This document shows, piece after piece, positions 23,503 through 32,469 of a DNA stretch of 36,810 nucleotides (positions are counted from its first letter, which is position 1; each line of letters opens with the position of its first letter). The translations under genes were made by a program, and so were the position numbers. The notes beneath the pieces were generated by a model. That model did no database searches and was not told the DNA's origin. It saw only the letters and a program-made list of their open reading frames with translations. This DNA is from Octopus bimaculoides (taxonomy: Eukaryota), in the NCBI RefSeq assembly GCF_001194135.2, contig NC_068998.1, positions 10,597,204-10,634,013 of the forward strand, given 5' to 3'.

Positions 23503-24107
23503 NNNNNNNNNNNNNNNNNNNNNNNNNNNNNNNNNNNNNNNNNNNNNNNNNNNNNNNNNNNNNNNNNNNNNNNNNNNNNNNNNNNNNNNNNNNNNNNNNN
23601 NNNNNNNNNNNNNNNNNNNNNNNNNNNNNNNNNNNNNNNNNNNNNNNNNNNNNNNNNNNNNNNNNNNNNNNNNNNNNNNNNNNNNNNNNNNNNNNNNNNN
23701 NNNNNNNNNNNNNNNNNNNNNNNNNNNNNNNNNNNNNNNNNNNNNNNNNNNNNNNNNNNNNNNNNNNNNNNNNNNNNNNNNNNNNNNNNNNNNNNNNNNN
23801 NNNNNNNNNNNNNNNNNNNNNNNNNNNNNNNNNNNNNNNNNNNNNNNNNNNNNNNNNNNNNNNNNNNNNNNNNNNNNNNNNNNNNNNNNNNNNNNNNNNN
23901 NNNNNNNNNNNNNNNNNNNNNNNNNNNNNNNNNNNNNNNNNNNNNNNNNNNNNATACATGCATAATATACATACAATTACGTATGTGTATGTAGGCTGAA
24001 TATGTGCGAAAAGAGAAATCAGTGGAAAAAGGTGAGAGAGAACATCAGTAATAATAATAAATTCCTAACAAGACTGAATTTCTACAAAAACATTTACCAT
24101 CATTAAC

Positions 24108-24158
<51 letters not shown>
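24108..24158. repeat. (TAA)n microsatellite
   Basis: Direct reading. Confidence 0.9.
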
Positions 24159-24316
24159 GAACCGATTGGTATTGTTATTGTTATTATTAATATTATTCTT
24201 ACATGGCAATCAAGAACGGAAGCAAACGTGTGATAACTAGAAATGTCAAACTCACCAGTCTTATAACGCTGGCTATTATCTTTCTTGTGTTGAAACAGGA
24301 AATCTATCTTGATATA

Positions 24317-24364
<48 letters not shown>

Positions 24365-24983
24365 GTGTATATATATATATAAGTCTGTCTTTCTGTCTCT
24401 CACTGTCACAGTCTTACCGCGTATTTAATATTTTTATAATATATTTTATAATAATAATATAGATTTTTCTTTAGTCTAAATTGCTATTTACATATATACA
24501 TATATATATCTATATATATACACACATACGTTTTATTGGTTTGAATTTATGTGTATGCATGTATATATACACACATGTCCGAATATATATAGCCTTGTCT
24601 TGTTTGGGGTTATATCTTTAATTTCTTGTTCGTTTTTCTCTCTTTTTCTCTCGTTTCTTCACTATGTCATCGTCGTCTTTTTCGTTCTGTTTTTGTTGTT
24701 TTACTTTTGCTATGTTGTAAAGAAAGCCTATACAGAATGTTAGTTCACAAAATTCTAGTTCGTGGTGGCTTATCAAGTCTTTATCTGTCTCTCTCTACCT
24801 GTCTTCTTGTCTGTCTTTCTGTCTGTCTATTTGTCTAACTGTGTGGCCTGTCCTCTTGGATCGTTTTGAGGTGGAAGAACGATCTAACGTCAAGAATCTC
24901 AACCACCGCTTCTGTTTCTTCCTCTTCCTCTCACTCTCTCACTCCCTCTCTCTCATAATACATCTTTCTTTTTCTATCTCACC

Positions 24984-25039
<56 letters not shown>

Positions 25040-25399
25040 CTCTTTATTTGTTTCTCTTTTATCTTCGCAAGCTAGTAGCTCTAGTAGCATCACACAAACA
25101 ATGCAGCCTCCATCATCAGAAGTACGAAAACATTAATTAACCACATAACGATATCAAGTTACATCACTATCATATATATGGCTCATATGTATTGATGCAT
25201 ACACACAGAAACACACATACACACAAACCAATACGCATACACACACACACACACACACACTCTCTCTCTCTCTCTCTCTTCCTCTCTCTCGCGCGCGCTC
25301 ACGTATATACATGTATATCTATATTTATATATCGTCCATTGTACAAACAAGCTTACGTTTGCATGCACGCGTATACACACGCGCATATAAACACTCGAA

Positions 25400-25457
25400 T
25401 CAGATGGAATGAAAGAGGAAGAAAGAGATAAAGATAGAGAGAGAGAGAAAAAGAGAG

Positions 25458-25508
<51 letters not shown>

Positions 25509-25578
25509 TAGGTGAGAGAGTGAAATCTTAATGAGGAACTTGAGAGAGAGAGAGAAAATTTGTGAAAGAGAGAGAGAT

Positions 25579-25614
<36 letters not shown>

Positions 25615-25982
25615 GAAGAGAATGAAAGAAACGAAGAAAGAAGGGAAAAGAGAGAGAGGGAGAGAGAGAGAAAGAGAAGGGATATGCGAGTAAGATCTTT
25701 CTTTATACTTTTTATACACATTCACTCACATTTACACAAACATAGACACATACACACACAGGCATATACACATAGACAGACAGACAGACACACACACACA
25801 CAAATACACACACATGCACACACACAGATTTAAGGAAATTGGATGCTAGCGAAAAAAGAGGTGGGAGGGAAAAGAAAGAGGAGAGTGTGGAAAAGAGAGA
25901 GGTGAGAGAAGGAGAGAAATAAAAGAGAAAAAGAGAGAGAAAAAAGTGGGGGAGGACAATATCTAAAAAAGTGAGTGACAGA

Positions 25983-26022
<40 letters not shown>

Positions 26023-26161
26023 CAGAGAGGGAGAGAGAGAGACAGAGAGAGAGAGGGAGAGAGGGAGAGAGAGAGACACAGAGAGAGAGACACAGAGAGA
26101 GAGAGAGAGAGAGACAGAGAGAGACAGAGAGAGAGAGAGACAGAGAGAGAGAGAGACAGAG
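25400..26161. repeat. compound GA/GT/CA/GACA simple-repeat block
   Basis: Alternating (GA)n, (GT)n, (CA)n and (GAGACA)n tracts. Confidence 0.9.
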
Positions 26162-26453
26162 ATGTCTTGAAGGGTTTTCGAAAGAGAATTACAGTCTGAA
26201 TAAGAGGGGGTTGTAAAAGAGTGAGCAACAGTGGGAGGGAATAGGCTTTTCAATACAAACGTACATACACACACATAACACAGACGAGCATGCTCACACA
26301 CACAGCGTACACATATACACATGTACACTCGTGCGCACGCACAAACACACTCGTTTATGTGCGCGCGCGTACGCGGTTGCACCGATGCAACAATCAATGG
26401 AATAAGAAATAATGGTTAGCGCCTCCCACGCTGCTTCAGGTTTTTGGCTGTCA

Positions 26454-26513
26454 GTGCGCATGCTTGATTCATATCGATCTCCATCTTTGATGACACGTCA
26501 TTGACGTCATCAC
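26454..26513. promoter_or_regulatory. candidate promoter motifs: perfect CRE plus CRE-like half sites, NRF1-like site
   Basis: TGACGTCA at 26502-26509 lies inside the near-palindrome TGATGAC(AC)GTCA-T-TGACGTCATCA. TGCGCATGC is just upstream, and a CpG-rich patch lies at 26330-26380. No TSS evidence. Confidence 0.3.
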
Positions 26514-26623
26514 TGTTACTTCTCGTCTCGTCTCTTCTCTTCTCTTCTCCTGCAATCTAAACAAAAACATCAGATCTGATGACAATAAACAAACAGATAA
26601 ACAAACTAACAATTAAATAAATG

Positions 26624-26659
<36 letters not shown>

Positions 26660-26689
26660 AAGAAATAAATAAAAGAAATAAAACCACCA

Positions 26690-26845
26690 TGTGATTAGGA
26701 AGTTCTCTTCACCGTTTAACGGTATCGGGTTCTATTCCATAGCGAGGTACTTCGAGCAAGTATCTTCTACAAACGGTATCTTCAGGTTGACCCACAGCCG
26801 TGTTTAGAAAAATTTAGTAAATGGAAATTGTGTAGAAGTCCGTCG
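26690..26845 (+). mobile_element. old SINE family A head and core
   Basis: gtgattaggaag...gggttctattccatagcgaggtacttcgagcaagtatcttctac...aatggaaattgtgtagaagtccgtcg. Confidence 0.55.
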
Positions 26846-26872
26846 AAGAGGGCATTCTTCTTCTGGGGTACT

Positions 26873-27065
26873 GTTGCAGATGTGTAGTAAGAAGTTTGTT
26901 TCTCAACCACATGGTTCCGGGTTCAGTCTCACTGCGTGGCACCTTGGACAAGTGTTTTCTATTATAGCATCGGGCCGACCAAGGCCTTGTGAGTAGATTT
27001 GGTAGACGGAAACTGAAAGAAGCCTGTCGCATATGTATATCTATCTATCTATCTATCTATTTTTG

Positions 27066-27108
<43 letters not shown>

Positions 27109-27138
27109 TTGTCTGTCTGTCTGTCTGTCTGTGCGTAC

Positions 27139-27204
<66 letters not shown>

Positions 27205-27310
27205 TACATCACCGCTTGACAGCCTGTGTTGGTGTGTTTACGTTCCCGTAACTTAGCGGTTCCGCAAAAGAGAACGACAGAATAAGTACCAACCTTTAAA
27301 AAACAAATGT
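26873..27310 (+). mobile_element. SINE family A with expanded internal microsatellites
   Basis: Head and core at 26873-27030, a ~175 bp (TATC)/(TGTC)/(TG) spacer, then cgcttgacagcc...ttagcggttccgcaaaagagaacgacagaataagtac. Confidence 0.9.
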
Positions 27311-27334
27311 ACTGCGGCAGCAGCGGCATTGCAG

Positions 27335-27338
<4 letters not shown>

Positions 27339-27385
<47 letters not shown>

Positions 27386-27386
27386 T
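27339..27386. repeat. (TTA)n microsatellite
   Basis: Direct reading. Confidence 0.9.
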
Positions 27387-27809
27387 AGAGTAAAGATTAT
27401 TTACCAACATAACATAGTTTAGGACGAGTGTTACTGTAATTTAGCCCCAGGAGACATCGTCTCCAGCTGGCTATACGACACGATTTGTGTCCTTATATTA
27501 TCGAACAAGGGAATCTAGCACCCCCACTCAGCTCAAAAACAATATCTGTGTATCACGAATGCTGAGTATTTCAGGAAGTCTAGGCAGCGAATATTTTTAT
27601 TTATTTATATTATTTTGCTTCTTTATTTGTTCCTTTTTTTTCTGTTTTCTTTCGGTTGAACTCTGTGGGAAGCTTATCGGTTTATTTTTCCATGACACTT
27701 GCTGTTTGCTAATAAGAAATTTGATATCAGGTGTTGCTACGAGACGAAGCACTAGAGATACACTAATAACTGTTTTATTGGGCAAAGTGGAGAAAGGGTG
27801 TAATAGAGA

Positions 27810-27975
27810 TGGCATGTGTTCATGGCTATGTGGTTATGACGCTCACTTTGTAAACGTTTGTCTCCGAGTTCGATCCCATTACGCGGTAACATATGCAAGA
27901 ATCTTCTACCATATTCTCATGTTGACCGAATCTTTTAGGATGGAATTTAGAAGACGGAAATTGTACGAAAGCACG
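27810..27975 (+). mobile_element. old SINE family A head and core
   Basis: catggctatgtggttatgacg...gagttcgatcccattacgcggtaacatatgcaagaatcttctac...agaagacggaaattg. Confidence 0.6.
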
Positions 27976-28534
27976 TTTGATATATTATATATATACATAC
28001 ATACATACATACATACACAGATTCACATATATTCGACTATGCCCGTATGAATGTACGTGTATGTGTGAATGTGTGTATGCATTTATATATGTATATATTG
28101 ATATATGTATGTACATACGTCACGTCTGTATACATGCGTATATATATACACGTATATATATATATATATATATNNNNNNNNNNNNNNNNNNNNNNNNNNN
28201 NNNNNNNNNNNNNNNNNNNNNNNNNNNNNNNNNNNNNNNNNNNNNNNNNNNNNNNNNNNNNNNNNNNNNNNNNNNNNNNNNNNNNNNNNNNNNNNNNNNN
28301 NNNNNNNNNNATATATGTACATACCTACATCTACATGTATATATAGATGCATATCCAGGTACAGGACGTCAGAAAAGGAACGGGAACATAAAGCACGAAA
28401 ACGGACTTTTTTACAGACAACAGAATGAACACATAGGAAAACAGACGAGTCACTTATGAAACTTTTCCTTCATCAGCTGCCTTTATTCTAAACTAGGCGT
28501 TTCGAAGATGGAGCGCATTCTGCTTCATCTACGT

Positions 28535-28788
28535 TAGCGGTTCGGCAACAGAAATCGATAAAATGTCCCCGTAACATAGCGGTTCGGCTTCAGAGAACGA
28601 TAAAATGTCCCCGTAACTAGCGGTTCGGCAATAGAGATCGATAAAATGTCCCCGTAACTAGCGGTTCGGCAATGGAGATCGATAAAATGTCCCCGTAATC
28701 TAGCGGTTCGGCTTCAGAGAACGATAAAATGTCCCCGTAAATTAGCGGTTCGGCAATAGAGATCGATAAAATGTCCCCGTAACTTAGC
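28535..28788 (+). repeat. SINE-derived minisatellite, 6 x 41-42 bp
   Basis: Units tagcggttcggc[aatagagat or ttcagagaa]cgataaaatgtccccgtaa(c) start at 28535, 28577, 28618, 28659, 28701 and 28743. They are homologous to the family A internal segment at 2170-2210. Confidence 0.95.
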
Positions 28789-28789
28789 A

Positions 28790-28950
28790 GGCGGAAAGCG
28801 TGAGCCATATGCGCCCGTGCACGTGTCTTTGTGTTTTCTCCACCATCACAATGCTTGATAACCGGTATTGGTTCGTTTACGTCCCTGTAATTTAACGAAG
28901 GCGGTACCTCAACATGACTACAGTTCAATGACTAAAACAAGTAAAAGATA
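28790..28950 (+). mobile_element. SINE family A 3' half with internal deletion
   Basis: tgcttgataaccggtattggttcgtttacgtccctgtaa, joined to aaggcggtacctcaacatgactacag...aaacaagtaaaaga. Confidence 0.75.
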
Positions 28951-29212
28951 CAAAAAATTAATTAAAAATTAATAACTTTATTTTAAACGAACGATGTGTG
29001 ATTCGAACTCTGATACATGGTTTTAAAAATAACAATAAGAAAATAAATAAAATAACATAATCCATCAGTGTTTTCTTTTTGTTGTTGTTTTTTTAATTAG
29101 CTTTTGCGTAGCGAGGTGTGATATCTTCCCCGTGTCTACTAAAAGCCGACTGTAGTAATAATTTTCTTCGTCGGACTAATTATATCAAGATAATTCAATC
29201 TGAATTAAATAG

Positions 29213-29359
29213 GTTTAATGTTGCTAAACAAACACCTGTTACCTGATCGGCAAGCAACGTGCCATCCACAAGTGACGGGAAATGGAACCTGGCAGACGAT
29301 CGTTCGCAACATATGTGAGGAAAATGGAGGCGAAGGGATAGCTTCACAATTCGAATGTG
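29213..29359 (+). CDS. candidate internal coding exon (phase 1-1), unknown Cys-containing protein
   Basis: AG acceptor and a perfect G|GTAAGT donor. It is 147 nt with only one open frame: LMLLNKHLLPDRQATCHPQVTGNGTWQTIVRNICEENGGEGIASQFEC. The polypyrimidine tract is weak and no homology is recognised. Confidence 0.4.
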
Positions 29360-29894
29360 GTAAGTATGGTGTTTGGTTTTTTTCTCCATGAAGAACATTG
29401 CAGCATATTGGGTGTTTAACATTTTGCATTCAGGAAGGTATAACACTGTCGTTAAGAATCTCGCTTTACAACCACGAGGTTTCGGCTTCTGTCTCACTGC
29501 ACGGCATCGGACACATTATACAATGTCCTTTTTTTGCCAAAAAGAAAAACAAAAGTAGCATGACTTGAGGCTGATTTGACTCCTATTTCTAAAGGACGCC
29601 AAGCAAACATGTAAACGCTTTGTATCAAGTGTGTTTAAAGATATTAAAACTTTCTAAACTTGAGGTAAAATTTAATACAAAACATAATTTATGTTTACAA
29701 AGCAAATGTTCGTTTTTTCTTCTTTTTCTGCCGATTTCCATCTTACTGAAGCTTGATAAAATACTGTCTACCTTTTTAGTAAGGTTAGTATAATTGATAA
29801 TTGATTGTATTTTCCCCCAAAATGTGTGTACATTCTTGTATCTCTTTTGCGTTTAAAGAGATGGCATTGACGCTGTAGAAACGGTTTCAAATTT

Positions 29895-30008
29895 TGATAC
29901 AAGGCCAACAAATTTAGGGAGGGGATAATTCGATTACATCGATCCCCACGACCCCGAAAGGATGAAAGGCGAAATTTGAATTAAGAAGCATTTTGTCCGA
30001 CGTACTTA
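29895..30008 (-). mobile_element. SINE family B, internally deleted
   Basis: tacaaggcc...cgattacatcgatcccc|acgaccccgaaaggatgaaaggc|gaaatttgaa|taagaagcattttgtccgacg. Confidence 0.7.
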
Positions 30009-30344
30009 ATGCATTTAATTCTGTAAGACTAAAACTTATTGTTTCAGAAACTGACTTTGGACAAATAGCAGGTTTGTTTTCTATACCTTTCTCAACCAGA
30101 ACTAATCATTTAGATTATTTCTTCGTCATTATAGTTCGCTACATCAGCTAAACCAGTTCTCAATTTATTTCTACTGCTACTTATTTCTATAAGGAAAAAA
30201 AAAATGTTTTCCTTTCAAATACATTCAGCTAATTAAAACCTTTTCTTCTTTGAACATGCGGTGTCAGGATTAAGGCAGATTACATACAACGTACGTAAAC
30301 GAATGCAATACTCGCTCTAACGGTTTTCCTGTTGTATAAATGCG

Positions 30345-30680
30345 GGATACAAACGATGTAATTTCCCTGTACAATAACATGAATCGGACGGATGGGCGTA
30401 GAGAATGGTAGAAATTACGGAAAATGAGATTATTCACAGGATACTGGACGATCAAAATCTGGCTTTGACACAAGTTGTCAATGCCTGCTTTTAATATGAA
30501 AATTAATGTGTTGAAAGCGGCTGCTGTGCAATACTTTGAACGAAAGTCTTTAATAATTTTGAATGCAATCAATATGAGGAATCTTCTAATAAGTGAAGGT
30601 GTTCATAATGAATTTCACTTCATTTTTAATGATCATTTGGGAAGGGAGTTGTCGAAAATTTCACCTTCTAATAACTGCAT
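30345..30680 (+). mobile_element. possible decayed Penelope-like RT fragment
   Basis: NDVISLYNNM (cf. PLE DVxSLYxNI) followed by AVQYFERKSL (cf. MxYFExKxL). No intact YxDD; weak. Confidence 0.25.
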
Positions 30681-30788
30681 AGCTTGTAATGACTTTTCTT
30701 TTTTCAAAAATGTTTCTCAAAAAAAAAACCTTACTAATAGTTCTCTAATGGTTCTCATCGATTATCCTTTTTTTTAAATTTTTTTTAC

Positions 30789-31148
30789 ATGTTTCCCTCA
30801 TTGGGCTGCGGCCATGCTGGGATATCGTCTTGAAGGATTTTAGTCAATCAGATCAACACTAGTACTTTGTGAAAGTCTGGTACTTATTACATAGGTGTCT
30901 TTTGCTGAACCGCTAAATTAAGGAGAGCATAAACATGCACCAACACTGGTTGTGAAGCGCTGGGGAAGAGTGCGCACACACACATAAGACAGGCTTCCGC
31001 ACAGTTTCAGTGTACCAAATTTACAAGACATTGGTCTGCTCGGGGTTATAATAGATGATGCTTGCTCAGGTGTGCAAGCCATGCAGTGGTACTGAAACCA
31101 AAACGACGAGGTCGCAAAGCGAATTTCTTAAATTCACAGCCATGCCTA
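30789..31148 (-). mobile_element. SINE family A, old, near full length
   Basis: Tail gctgcggccatgctgg, gctgaaccgctaa, gacaggcttcc...cagtttcagtgtaccaaat; head cacagccatgcc. Confidence 0.8.
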
Positions 31149-31293
31149 CGCCTTTGTATATTTTTACTGTATTTCTTTCCTCATATCTTTCCATGTAATT
31201 GGGGAAAATAGTTTCGGCAGAACACAAATATGTTGTTTTCCTTAATATTCCACATATAAAAATTTCTAAGAGTCGTTATTATTTGTTTCATAC

Positions 31294-31359
31294 CAGCCTT
31301 TTGGCGAGCGCCGTGATTAGGTCCTCTAACTCGTGTGCAAAATCGATTGGTAAAATCAA
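31294..31359 (-). CDS. candidate small coding exon (66 nt)
   Basis: atctatttcag| ... |gtatga. Frame 0 gives LILPIDFAHELEDLITALAKRL, which looks amphipathic and helical. Family not recognised. Confidence 0.3.
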
Positions 31360-31411
31360 CTGAAATAGATCTGTAATATTCTATTTTATAAACATTAATA
31401 TTTTGTGTAAA

Positions 31412-31620
31412 GCAGTGAGCTAGCAGAATCGTTAGAATTCTGGCCAAAATGCTTGGCGGCATTTCGTCCATCTTTCTGAGATGAAATTCCGCCTCGATCA
31501 ACTTTGCCTTTGATCCTTTCGAAGTCGATAAAATAAGTGCCAGTTGAGCGCCGGGTTCTTGTAATCGACCTATCGCCTCCCATGAAATAACTGACCTTGT
31601 GTCAAAATCTGAAACCAATG
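31412..31620 (+). mobile_element. SINE family B
   Basis: gcagtgagctagcagaatcgttag...aaattccgcctcgatcaactttgcctttgatcctttcgaagtcgataaaataagtgccag...gaccttgtgtcaaaatctgaaacc. Confidence 0.88.
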
Positions 31621-31753
31621 TTTTGTGTCAAAAAGATGTTCTCTGTTGTGAAGATTCTGAAATTTTCTTTCCTCTTTTTTTTTCTTTTTTTTTTCTATAG
31701 TATTTTTAACTCATTCGCCTTCGTTTGCTGAAATAATTACTTCCAATATAGAC

Positions 31754-32125
31754 AGTCTTTACGTTCTGAGTTCAAATTCCGTCGAGGTCAACTTTGCCTT
31801 TCATCCTTTCGGGGTCGATAAATTAAGTACTAGTTACGCACTGGGGTCGATATAATCAACTTAATCCGCTCGTCTGTCCTTGTTGTCCCCTGTGTATGTA
31901 GCTTCTTGTAGGCAGTAAAGAAATAAGAAACGTTAGCACACCGGGCGAAATGCTTAGCGATATTTCGTCCGTCTTTACGTTCTGAGTTCAAATTCCGCCG
32001 AGGTCGACTTTGCCTTTCCTCCTTTCGGGTTCGATAAATTAAGTACCAGTTACGAACTGAGGTCGATCTAATCGACTGGCCCCTCCCAAAAAATATCGGG
32101 CGTTGTGCCTAGAGCAGAAAAGAAT
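31754..32125 (+). mobile_element. tandem/dimeric SINE family B (two monomers with different tails)
   Basis: Monomer 1 (31754-31930) ends ttaatccg...gtaggcagtaaagaaataagaaa. Monomer 2 (31931-32125) starts cgttagcacaccgggcg and ends ggccccctcc...gtgcctagagcagaaaagaa. Confidence 0.92.
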
Positions 32126-32140
32126 ACTCGACTTGAACCT

Positions 32141-32240
32141 ATTTTGTCGATCTCGGCGAAATTTGAACTCGGGATGTAAGCCAGAAGAAATATCGCTAAG
32201 CATTTTGTCCGAGGCGTAAGCAATTCTGACCTCGCCGTCT
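32141..32240 (-). mobile_element. SINE family B head fragment
   Basis: gtcgatctcggcgaaatttgaactc...cgctaagcattttgtccg...aattctgacctcgccg. Confidence 0.75.
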
Positions 32241-32469
32241 ATTAATAATAATTATTATTTGTCACAAGGGCGCGAAGAGATTCAATAAAATACAATGTTC
32301 ATTGGACAAATGACTTAGAAATATGCGTAGGATGAGATAGACAATTGGAGGACTGGTCAAGTTAAAAATTTATAAAAACTCAATTACACAGAATAAAGGA
32401 AAATGTATAATAATAAAAAAACGCACAGATTTAATTTTAAAAAAAAACGAATATAAAACCAGGAAACAT

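Noticed and set aside
24200-24310. Minus-strand G|GTGAGT donor at ~24256 and a plus-strand hydrophobic mini-ORF (MAIKNGSK...)
   Set aside because: No credible acceptor for the former and no donor for the latter; both abut microsatellites.
27487-28050. 187-aa ORF
   Set aside because: Built from a T-rich tract, an old SINE and a TACA repeat.
28535-28788. CRISPR-like look of the 41-42 bp array
   Set aside because: The variable part is only 9 nt and recurs in two types. There are no unique spacers or cas genes, and the unit derives from a SINE in eukaryotic DNA.
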